DNA of 64,000 nt, from positions 320,001-384,000 of the forward strand of contig OY829846.1 of NCBI GenBank assembly GCA_963691875.1, in the 5' to 3' direction. Origin of the DNA: Aureliella sp. (GTDB taxonomy: Bacteria; Planctomycetota; Planctomycetia; Pirellulales; Pirellulaceae). Shown in pieces: positions 21,782 through 30,727 of this stretch (within the stretch, counting starts at the first letter, position 1; the number at the start of each line of letters is the position of its first letter). The notes under the pieces were generated by a model. That model searched no databases and had not been told where the DNA came from. It was given only the letters and a program-made list of their open reading frames with translations. The position numbers and the translations under genes were made by a program.

Positions 21782-22898
21782 ATGAGAATCTTAGTTTCTT
21801 TGGCAGCAGCCACGTTGTTGATGTTCGGTCTGGCATCCGCAAGCGTCGGCCAAAGCCGGCAGACTGTCGGACCGTATCTACCATACGAAAACTTGCGCTA
21901 CTGGAGCACACTGCCGCCCCCCCAAACCTTTCGCGTACTTTGAGGAAGACGATTCAGGTGATTCAACAGTCAATGCATTCTTACTTTCCTATCAAAGTGA
22001 CGAAGTCTATCCTCGCCCCAGTGAAACCTTTAGTTATAGTTGGATTGAGGACTTCGGAGACTCTTTAGAGGACGACGGCATTCGATTAGTCACCTACGAG
22101 TCCTATGCCTGGACGGGGACCGAGGTTGCAATTATGGAACTGAACGATGCGATGATCGTTGTGTTCCGCGGGAGTCACGGTGGTGACTCCAATGCGATCA
22201 ACTACTTTGCCGATTGGCTTACCGGTATCAATGGAACGGCAATCCAACGCAGTATTGGTTCGCGAAGCGTCTACGTGCACGAGGGATTTTGGTACGCGTC
22301 CGATAGTGCTTATGAGGATGTGCTGAGCTATGTCAGCGCCGCTCATGCGGATGGCAAAAAGATCTGGCTAACGGGACACAGCCTGGGAGGAGCAAACGCT
22401 ACGATCATTGCGGCTAGGCTTCAGTGGGAAGATGGAATTCCTGTCCAAGGACTTCACACTTTCGGCTCTCCACGTGTTGGGAATCAAGACTTCAAGAAGC
22501 TATTCACGGATGACGCTCCAGGAGGCATTCCTGCTCTGGGCGAACGCACAAGACGCTGGGTAGTTGATGGTGACTGGGCAACGACTTTATTCCAGATTTA
22601 CCGACAATGGCGATTGCAGTGGAGTTGGTTCGTGATGGGATACATCCCTACTTACTTCGACATTCACTACTACCACGTTGGTCAAACCAATCTTATGGAT
22701 AACGTCGGAGCTAGTGCTTTCGAGGTTGAGTACAACATTCCAAGCAATCGAGGCATGCCCGCGAACCTCTCCTCGTTGCACCCGGATGGAGAGCACATGC
22801 AATACACCGAGGGACTGGCTCAGGAACTGGAACGCATACTCAATTCGGCCAGTGATGAAACGCAACTCACGACGCTCCTCAGTTTAGAGATCCGATAG
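21782..22898 (+). pseudogene. Secreted class 3 lipase, frameshifted at a C7 homopolymer (21917-21923)
   Basis: Signal-peptide ORF from 21782 stops at 21943. Deleting one C joins it to the frame containing NAFLLSYQSDEVY, VVFRGS, VHEGF, GHSLGG and TFGSPRVG. Confidence 0.85.
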
Positions 22899-22960
22899 CT
22901 TTCATCATAAGAATGTGTTGTTCCACAGACAACGCAACGTACCCGTTCCATCAAATTCAA

Positions 22961-22988
22961 ACGCCAGCATCTTATCTGATGCTGGTGT
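22961..22988 (+). terminator. Hairpin after the lipase gene, possible terminator
   Basis: ACGCCAGCATC / GATGCTGGTGT stem with a 6-nt loop; weak U tract. Confidence 0.5.
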
Positions 22989-23224
22989 CGCTTATTATTT
23001 AAGCGATGATCTTTACGAATTTATGTGTAGCCTTCGGATGACTTCGATGTTCGTGATTGGAAAATAATTCTTGTTCCAGAATCTGGATCGATTCAGGAGC
23101 TTCAGAAAGAGCCCCTACGCAGCGAGTTCAATTGCTTGAAGACTCGGTAGTCGACCAGCGATGAAAGAGTGCGGGGAAGAGATGGATCGCCTATAGGGGA
23201 GCCAATCGGAAGGACTCAAGCAGT

Positions 23225-23530
23225 TTGCTCCCTCTCACCAAAACCTGTGAGCCTGGCATTTACGAAGCCGGTTCTCATCGGTCTACATTTGCCTGGTCCG
23301 AGATGAATTGCGAACATGGGCAGAATGCAAGGATTTTACTTGGCAGTGACGATGGTTTTGAACTGTGGCTGAACCCGTTAGCAATTAGGCAATCACGAGT
23401 AAAGCCGGCAATTCGTAGAGCGAGAAAGTGTCTTGGATGCCCAGTTTTGGGCCAAGTAGGAATCAATTCCTGTTCCGCATCGATCAAAATTCCGGTCGAT
23501 GGAGGGTTGACTTGTAGATTGATAGGTTAG
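23225..23530 (+). pseudogene. Degraded fragment of a beta-sandwich domain with a GSDDG motif
   Basis: ARILLGSDDGFELWLN resembles a motif common in planctomycete secreted proteins; no coherent full ORF. Confidence 0.35.
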
Positions 23531-23894
23531 ACGACTGGCCGGTGGTCTAATCAACGATGTAGCGTTCTCGTTCTCTCTGTACCGGCTTCAGTCGTTCACT
23601 ACCGCGATTTGTTCCCTAGTCCCGTTTGCAACGGTTCTGCGAACTGTAGAAAGCCGAGCCGTCCAATTTTCTGTCAACTGATTCACTACGGCTGGACCGG
23701 CCTTGCGATCTGGGCAAAGTGAAGGTATTTTTAGGCCATCATTGGAGTCGTCAGACCATTATTCCGTTGACTGTCTTGGTTCAGGCCGAACCTAGGCCTA
23801 TCAGCAAACGTCCTTCTGCCCGGCTCCACTTTTTGATACCAATCATCAAAGTCACGGTTCGTTTTTGACGAATTAGATTTTGTAAAACCAATGA

Positions 23895-23967
23895 TCCTCT
23901 GTAGCTCAGTTGGTAGAGCAAGCGGCTGTTAACCGCTGGGTCGCAGGTTCGAGCCCTGCCGGAGGAG
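23895..23967 (+). tRNA. tRNA-Asn (anticodon GTT); CCA not encoded
   Basis: Acceptor stem TCCTCTG/CGGAGGA, D-arm AGCTCAGTTGGTAGAGC, anticodon arm AGCGG-CTGTTAA-CCGCT, T-arm GCAGG-TTCGAGC-CCTGC. Confidence 0.97.
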
Positions 23968-24010
23968 CTTTTTCGGAAAGCGTTCGAAAAATGCTTCCGT
24001 AGTAAACGCC

Positions 24011-24040
24011 AAAGGCCGATGCGTGTGCATCGGCCTTTTT
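24011..24040 (+). terminator. Rho-independent terminator downstream of tRNA-Asn
   Basis: AAAGGCCGATGC-GTGT-GCATCGGCCTTTTT. Confidence 0.85.
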
Positions 24041-24051
24041 GCGTTATATCC

Positions 24052-25678
24052 CGTGCGGTACAAAACGACTGAACAAGGTTTCGGCAGGCAGAATCCAGGG
24101 TCTAGGTAGCAGGTCGGCAGTTGAAAACTGACGTCGGACGATCGTTCACCTGCGTCGGGAGGCCGTGATAGAGGGTTGGAGAGAACAGCTTCGACCTGAT
24201 TTTCACTGTCGGGGCGTACCGCGAGCGCAGAAGATCGACCAACGAACCACTGATCGCTGACCAGCCTTAAGCCGCTTTGCGATGCATCGACTTGATCACC
24301 CCGCCGAGTTGCTCACGGCATTCAACGTCTTCGAGCCTGATGGTGGTCCACTCGGGCACGTCGGCTTGATCACACGGCGGCCGATGGTTTCGATGGGAGT
24401 GAGGGCGCGCATCGTTAAAGTGCTCTACGAATTCACGAACCAGGTAGTCGAGATGATCCTGGCCGAAGGCAATGAAATGGTCGAGGCATTCAGACTTGAT
24501 GGTCTGAATGAAACGTTCGAGACGAGCGTTGAGATTGGGTGAGCGGACCGGGAGCTTCTTGCACTCAACTCCCGCATCCTTCAAGGTTGACCGGAAGTCG
24601 CCAGAGAACTTGGTGTCCCGGTCGTGGATCAAGATCGTAGGGCGATGCTCACGGTGATCTGTCTGCCTGACGAAGCTCTGAGCCTGCTCAACCACCCAAG
24701 CGGAGTTTGGCTTTCGAGTACTCTTGGAGACCACGACCTCACGGCTCTCAAGGTGCATGAATACCAGGACGTACAGGTCGACGAGGCCGCGCGCCGTTAC
24801 GGCTCGTTTGGTGAAGAAGTCGCAAGCCCACAGCGTCTCGGCATGAGCTTTCAGATAATCGTCCCAAGTACCCCGCCGTCGCTTCGGGCTTGGCTCGATG
24901 GTCTCTTCCTTCAAAATGTTCTTAACCGTCTGGCGACAGATCCGCGAGATTCCGAGGCTGCGGAGTTCTCCGAGGATCTTGGTGTAGCCGAACCCGGTCT
25001 CTCGAGCGATCTTGAGGACGAGGTCACGTAGCACTTGGCTCTTGCCTCGAGGCTTGCTTACGGAGGGCTTGCCGCGTTTCGCTTCCCGTCGCCAGCGGTA
25101 GAAGGTGCCAGGGGTGACGATCGAGATCAGCTCTTCGATCGCAGCACCGAGCGGCAAACCAAACTTAAGAAGCCGGTCACGTTCTTCACGGCGAGTGTGA
25201 ACTTGCCCAGGGATCCTCGCACGAAGGATCTGGTTCTCTTCCTTCAAATAACGGACTTGGCGACGGAGATGAGAGTCGGAAGCACTGGCGATCAGCGCCA
25301 GCAGCGGATGAAACAGCTTGGTCACGGGAGTTCGTTGGTGTAAGCTCTAAGTGGTTCAGTCATCGGGGGATAGCAGTTGGTTTATACCCCGGATCCAGCG
25401 TGATTGAGGGTGCCGTGGGCGTCAACTTTTAGACGGTGCTTGGAGGCAGCCCACCTGAGTTAACTGATCCACCCTGTTTCGGCCGATGGGAAAAGACGAC
25501 CATCAGGTTAACTCTGTTTCGCAGGTCGCTGTTAACGGATGTGGCTCAGTTTCTAATCCGGTTGCCATCGCTACAGAGCGACCGAAAGCGACTCGAAATC
25601 AGCAAGTGCTTTGCTGGTGAGGATTTGCAATAATCGATCTCGCGAGAGTCGTTACGAAGAGAGTTTTGTACGGGGAGC
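24052..25678 (-). mobile_element. IS element, family A copy 1 (rve/DDE transposase)
   Basis: Ends inferred from sequence shared with copy 2: CGTGCGGTACAAA on the left and ...GTTTTGTACGGGGAGC on the right; 9-bp inverted repeat GTACAAAAC (24058-24066 / 25663-25671). Confidence 0.8.
24267..25325 (-). CDS. Integrase-core (rve) DDE transposase
   Basis: WACDFF, LIHDRDTKF, SPNLNARLERFIQTIKSECLDH, HFNDARPH. Confidence 0.92.
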   Translation of the reverse strand: MTKLFHPLLALIASASDSHLRRQVRYLKEENQILRARIPGQVHTRREERDRLLKFGLPLGAAIEELISIVTPGTFYRWRREAKRGKPSVSKPRGKSQVLRDLVLKIARETGFGYTKILGELRSLGISRICRQTVKNILKEETIEPSPKRRRGTWDDYLKAHAETLWACDFFTKRAVTARGLVDLYVLVFMHLESREVVVSKSTRKPNSAWVVEQAQSFVRQTDHREHRPTILIHDRDTKFSGDFRSTLKDAGVECKKLPVRSPNLNARLERFIQTIKSECLDHFIAFGQDHLDYLVREFVEHFNDARPHSHRNHRPPCDQADVPEWTTIRLEDVECREQLGGVIKSMHRKAA

Positions 25679-25860
25679 ACTTGAAGATCGAATGTGACGC
25701 ACGAACCAGAGAACTTTTCAACCACTGAAAGTTGGAGAGTGTCACGTCCGCCGCATCCCCAACCGGATGAGTATCGGAACCCGCAAGTCACTGTTATCTC
25801 ATCACTTACGAAAGTGAGAACTCTGCGCGAATTTCCGCGAGAGGGTCCTGCACAGGGAGG
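25678..25860. repeat. ~183-bp non-coding repeat, copy A (probable end of another related IS)
   Basis: Colinear with 50545-50727 (CACTTG.AGATCGAATGTGACGC...GGGTCCTGCACAGGGAGG); its end resembles the other IS ends. Confidence 0.8.
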
Positions 25861-25984
25861 CCCCGTGACAACCCATTTCTTGTTAAAATAAAACTCCCCT
25901 TGGGCGTTCATGCTTCGCCTCCTTTGGACGACTCCCCTACCCACCTCACCTGAAATCACGCCCTCCTACACGGCGACGAATTGG

Positions 25985-28900
25985 ATGTTCTACTTGAAAG
26001 CGCAGACGAATCGCTTGCTCTGGCTCGGTCCCTTGGTGACTCTGTTTTTGGCTTGGCCTTCAACACGGGGCATTGCAGAGGAGCCCAAGCCCCCAGCGGC
26101 AGCGGAGGAAATTGAGTTTTTCGAAAATCGGATACGCCCCGTTCTGGTCGAACACTGCGATCAGTGCCACTCCGAAAACGCCAAGAATATTCAGGGTGGC
26201 CTGCGACTTGATTCAAAAACGGCCGCCCAAAAGGGCGGAGACTCCGGACCGGCCGTGGTCCCGGGGAACGTTGAGGAAAGTCTGCTGATCGATGCTTTAA
26301 GATACGACGGCTTTGAGATGCCGCCCAAGGGGAAACTTCCTGAATCGGTCATCGAGGATTTTACGCGATGGATCGAGATGGGTGCCCCTGATCCACGAGT
26401 CGATACGGAGGTGGTTGAGTCCACCATTGATTTCGACGAGGCAGCGAAGTTCTGGTCGTTTCAGCCGATTTCAGCATCAGATCCTCCCTCGGTCGAGAAT
26501 AAGAGTTGGGCCACCAATCCAATCGACTACTTCACCCTGGCCAAGATGGAGCAACTTGGCTTAACCCCCGTTGACCAGGCGAGCAAACACGCTCTGATTC
26601 GCCGGGCCACTTTCGATCTCATCGGCTTGCCGCCGACTCCCGAGGAGATCGCCAACTTTTTGGAAGATGATTCTCCCTCCGCATTCGAGACCGTTGTCAA
26701 CCGTTTGTTGGAGTCGGAACATTACGGAGAGCGTTGGGGTCGTTACTGGTTAGATGTTGCCCGCTATGCGGAGGATCAAGCTCACACGTTCGCTGTACGT
26801 GCCAATACCAATGGCTACCGCTATCGGGACTGGGTGATCCAATCATTCAATCATGACCTTCCCTACAACGAGTTCGTCCGATTGCAGATCGCAGGTGACC
26901 TGATGGAGCCATCCTCTGAGGGCAACTACGATCACCTGATCGCCCTCGGATTTTTTGGACTCGGTGCCCAATACTACAAGAACAGCGATAAAGCGAAAGC
27001 GATGGCGGATGAACTTGACGATCGAGTCGACACGCTAACGCGTGGCTTTCTGGGGCTGACTGTTTCCTGTGCCCGTTGCCATGATCACAAGTTCGATCCG
27101 ATTCCCACTCAAGATTACTATTCTCTCGCGGGCATCTTCAGTAGTTCACGACTTCACAATGCGCCCCTTTGCACGCAAGAGGAAATCTCGCGATACAACG
27201 AAGGTCAGAACGTCATCAAGCAGGCCGAGAACGAAGTAAAACAATTCTACGCGGATGCGAAAGTAGCCGAGGCCGAGACGCGGGTCCACCAAATTGCTGA
27301 CTATATGGAAGCGGCGTGGCGCGTTCGAATCGCCGAAGCGGCAGGTAATAAAGAAATCAAGAAGCAACTCGCGCAGGAAAACTCACTGAGCGAGTTCCTG
27401 TTATCAAGATGGGTCAACTTTCTCGATCCCAAGCAGAAGGGGAAAGTCACCGCCCTCAATGAATGGCACGAGCAGACGGCGAATCAAGCGGTCGAAGTCA
27501 ACGATGCATCCATTGCTCTAGTTCAACAACTGGCTCAGCAGTTCCAAGATCGGGTTGTTCGCGAACTAGGAATCCGGGACGGATCGATCGATCCAGCTTC
27601 GAGCGAGGACGCCCCTCTCCACACGCCCGGCAGCCCCCGATTCGTAACCCCGATCGTAACCAAGGCTCGACCTACCGCGATGATCCGTGCTGACATCCGT
27701 GGAACAAAAGAGCTCTACCTGATCGTCAACGACGGAGGTAACGGAAAAAGCTGTGATCATGCGGACTGGATTTCACCCAAACTGATTGGTGAGCAGGGTG
27801 AAATCAAGCTGACGGAATTGCGTTGGAAAAAGCATGAGGGTGTCGAACCAAAACTGAATTCGAACTATACCGGAAAGACCATTCGGGTTGGCGGAAAAGA
27901 GTACTCAGACGGGATTGGAGTTCACGCGCCATCCACGCTGATCTTTGACCTGCCTGAGGGTTACGATCGTTTCGAGGCCGTCGGGGGTCTGGACAATAGC
28001 GGCACCGATCAAAACGGCTGTGGCGACCAAGCCAGTGTGCAGTTTTACGTCTACACGGAAAAACCTGCAAACGATCCTATTATCAACCTCGTGCTCGGCA
28101 AGGATGGTCCCCTTGCAGTCCCTGATAATGAACTCGAAGAATTTCTGCAGGGGCAAGCAAAAGAACGTCTGATCGCTCTCAAAGATGCCGTAGAAAGTGC
28201 AAAGAAAGCGGCACCACCCATGTATGCGATTGCACATTCCTATACGGAGGGCAACCCCGCAGACATGAAAGTATTCGTTCGCGGCAACCCGGCGCGGCAA
28301 CGCGAAATGGCACCGCGTCGGTTTTTGAGAGTTCTGGCCGGTGAAGAAAGGTCGCCTTACACCTCGGGCAGCGGACGACTCGAATTGGCAAACGACATTG
28401 CCCATCCAGATAATCCACTGACGGCACGAGTGATGGTGAATCGCATATGGCAACACCATTTCGGGAGAGGAATCGTCGGAACGCCGAGCAATTTCGGAAA
28501 ACTGGGCGAGGCCCCCACACACCCAGCGCTCTTGGACTTCCTCGCTTCGAAATTCATGGAGCAGGGATGGTCCATCAAACAGCTCCATCGTGACATCATG
28601 TTGTCGTCGACCTATCGACTAACCGCTGAAAGCGACTCCAAAAATATGGAGGTGGATGCGGACAATCGATACCTTTGGCGGGCTAACCGTCGTCGACTTG
28701 ATGTCGAAGCATGGCGAGACACTTTGCTGGATGTGTCGGGTCAGTTGGATCGAACCATGGGAGGCGTTTCAACCCAACTGAATGATTCAAACAATTTACG
28801 ACGAACGGTCTATGCAAAAATCAGCCGCCATCAACTCGATAGCCTCCTTCGTTTGTTTGATTTTCCGGATCCCAATATCACGAGTGCCACGCGAACGGAG

Positions 28901-29182
28901 ACCACCGTTCCCCAACAACAATTATTTGTTCTGAACAGCACGTTCATGATCAACCGTGCCAAAGCATTCGCCACACGGATCCATGAAGAAACGACTGGCG
29001 ACGATTCATTAAAAATCGAGCGGGCATTCGAGTTGGCTTACGGGCGTTCACCTACCGACGCCGAATTGGAACTGGGCCTCGAGTATCTGTCTATGGAAAA
29101 AGCGCCCGACGACAAACTAACGCGTTGGGAGAGCTATGCTCAAGTGATCCTCGGCAGTAACGAATTGATCTACATCGACTGA
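25985..29182 (+). CDS. Planctomycete cytochrome c / DUF1549 (PSCyt2) / NPCBM / DUF1553 (PSD1) protein
   Basis: FFENRIRPVLVEHCDQCH, YGERWGRYWLDVARYAE, CARCHDHKFDPI, an NPCBM-like insert (CDHADW, GIGVHAPS), NPLTARVMVNRIWQHHFGRG. Confidence 0.92.
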   Translation: MFYLKAQTNRLLWLGPLVTLFLAWPSTRGIAEEPKPPAAAEEIEFFENRIRPVLVEHCDQCHSENAKNIQGGLRLDSKTAAQKGGDSGPAVVPGNVEESLLIDALRYDGFEMPPKGKLPESVIEDFTRWIEMGAPDPRVDTEVVESTIDFDEAAKFWSFQPISASDPPSVENKSWATNPIDYFTLAKMEQLGLTPVDQASKHALIRRATFDLIGLPPTPEEIANFLEDDSPSAFETVVNRLLESEHYGERWGRYWLDVARYAEDQAHTFAVRANTNGYRYRDWVIQSFNHDLPYNEFVRLQIAGDLMEPSSEGNYDHLIALGFFGLGAQYYKNSDKAKAMADELDDRVDTLTRGFLGLTVSCARCHDHKFDPIPTQDYYSLAGIFSSSRLHNAPLCTQEEISRYNEGQNVIKQAENEVKQFYADAKVAEAETRVHQIADYMEAAWRVRIAEAAGNKEIKKQLAQENSLSEFLLSRWVNFLDPKQKGKVTALNEWHEQTANQAVEVNDASIALVQQLAQQFQDRVVRELGIRDGSIDPASSEDAPLHTPGSPRFVTPIVTKARPTAMIRADIRGTKELYLIVNDGGNGKSCDHADWISPKLIGEQGEIKLTELRWKKHEGVEPKLNSNYTGKTIRVGGKEYSDGIGVHAPSTLIFDLPEGYDRFEAVGGLDNSGTDQNGCGDQASVQFYVYTEKPANDPIINLVLGKDGPLAVPDNELEEFLQGQAKERLIALKDAVESAKKAAPPMYAIAHSYTEGNPADMKVFVRGNPARQREMAPRRFLRVLAGEERSPYTSGSGRLELANDIAHPDNPLTARVMVNRIWQHHFGRGIVGTPSNFGKLGEAPTHPALLDFLASKFMEQGWSIKQLHRDIMLSSTYRLTAESDSKNMEVDADNRYLWRANRRRLDVEAWRDTLLDVSGQLDRTMGGVSTQLNDSNNLRRTVYAKISRHQLDSLLRLFDFPDPNITSATRTETTVPQQQLFVLNSTFMINRAKAFATRIHEETTGDDSLKIERAFELAYGRSPTDAELELGLEYLSMEKAPDDKLTRWESYAQVILGSNELIYID

Positions 29183-29218
29183 ACCGACGCCTCCAAGGTC
29201 GCCGGTCACCGACAAAAT

Positions 29219-30640
29219 ATGAAGCGAATCCCAACCATGAAATTCATCCAACCCCATCCACAACTGAACCGACGCGAATCGCTCCAACGCATGGGCATCG
29301 GTCTGGGATCCCTTGGACTGGCGGGGATCCTCGCTCAGGATGCTGCACGGGGTGCGTCCCCTCAGGGTGTCCTCGATCCCAAGCCAACGCATTTTGCACC
29401 CCGCGCAAAACATATCATCCACTTGTTCATGAATGGGGGGCCTTCTCAAGTGGATACGTTCGACCCCAAACCTGCGCTTGAAAAATACAACGGTGAACGC
29501 CCACCCGGTGCAGAACTCAAAACAGAGCGTCGGACAGGCGGGCTACTTATGTCCCCCTTCAAGTTTCGGCGTTACGGTGAGTCTGGCTTGGAAGTGAGCG
29601 ATCTTTTTCCCAAGGTCGGCGAATGCATTGACGATATTTGTGTGATTCGGTCAATGCACACCAACATCCCCAATCACGAGCCCTCACTGCTGATGATGAA
29701 TAGCGGCGAGACACAACCCACTCGCCCTGCAATGGGGTCGTGGCTCTTGTACGGTCTGGGCACAGAAAATCAGAATCTACCCGGCTTCGTTGTTTTGTGT
29801 CCCGGCAAGCCCGTGGTGGGTCCTCAGCTTTGGAGCAACAGTTTCCTGCCGGGTGTCTTCCAAGGGACGCACATCAACCACGCAAAAGATGTTGATCCGA
29901 AGAAAGTGATCGAACACATCAACAACACCCACCTAACGAAATCTGCGCAGCGTCAACAACTGGATCTCCTGACAAAGATGAATCAGATCCATCTCGAACA
30001 ACGAGGCGGTCAAGATCACCGATTGGATGCAAGAATCGAATCACTCGAGATGGCGTTTCGAATGCAGGCAGAAGCTCAGGACGTTTTTGACCTTGGCAAG
30101 GAAACCAAGGAGACCCGGGAGGCCTACGGCACAGGCCAGTTTGCTAACGGCTGCCTTGCGGCGAGGCGATTGGTGGAAAGTGGCGTGCGGATGGTACAAG
30201 TGTATTATGGCAATGGCCAACCCTGGGATGATCACGGCAACATCAAGTCACACGCTGACAAGGCGAAAAACGTGGATCAACCGATTGCCGCCCTGATCAA
30301 GGACCTGAAGCAACGTGACCTGCTGAAAGATACCCTGATCATTTGGGGTGGTGAATTCGGTCGAACACCTGTGGCGGAAAATGGTAACGGTCGAGACCAT
30401 AACCACCATGGATTTTCCATGTGGCTCGCCGGCGGTGGGATCAAAGGCGGTATGGCCTATGGTTCAACAGATGAGTTCGGATTCGCCGCGGTGGAAAACA
30501 AAGTCCATGTGCACGATCTTCACGCAACGATCTTGCATCTGATGGGCTTGGATCACGAAAAATTAACCTACCGATACAGCGGTCGAGATTTTCGCTTGAC
30601 GGATGTTCACGGTCGAGTGGTGCGCGAAATCATCGCATAG
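29219..30640 (+). CDS. DUF1501 family (sulfatase-like) protein with a Tat-like N-terminus
   Basis: NRRESLQ, LFMNGGPSQVDTFDPKP, ARRLVESGVRMVQ, GGEFGRTP, GRDH, HDLHATILHLMG. Confidence 0.93.
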   Translation: MKRIPTMKFIQPHPQLNRRESLQRMGIGLGSLGLAGILAQDAARGASPQGVLDPKPTHFAPRAKHIIHLFMNGGPSQVDTFDPKPALEKYNGERPPGAELKTERRTGGLLMSPFKFRRYGESGLEVSDLFPKVGECIDDICVIRSMHTNIPNHEPSLLMMNSGETQPTRPAMGSWLLYGLGTENQNLPGFVVLCPGKPVVGPQLWSNSFLPGVFQGTHINHAKDVDPKKVIEHINNTHLTKSAQRQQLDLLTKMNQIHLEQRGGQDHRLDARIESLEMAFRMQAEAQDVFDLGKETKETREAYGTGQFANGCLAARRLVESGVRMVQVYYGNGQPWDDHGNIKSHADKAKNVDQPIAALIKDLKQRDLLKDTLIIWGGEFGRTPVAENGNGRDHNHHGFSMWLAGGGIKGGMAYGSTDEFGFAAVENKVHVHDLHATILHLMGLDHEKLTYRYSGRDFRLTDVHGRVVREIIA

Positions 30641-30727
30641 GCGATGGCCGCGCTGAACAAGCAAGTGAACACTGTCGTGAGCCCGTGAAAGGCAGGTCGT
30701 GACTGACGTTATGATTGTGGTAAAAGT

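Noticed and set aside
23940..23970. attR duplication of the tRNA-Asn 3' end
   Set aside because: No second copy noticed in the window; it may lie beyond 64000 or have been lost.
25436..25633. 65-aa ORF duplicated at 32071-32268
   Set aside because: It is duplicated only because it lies inside the IS leader; no protein features.
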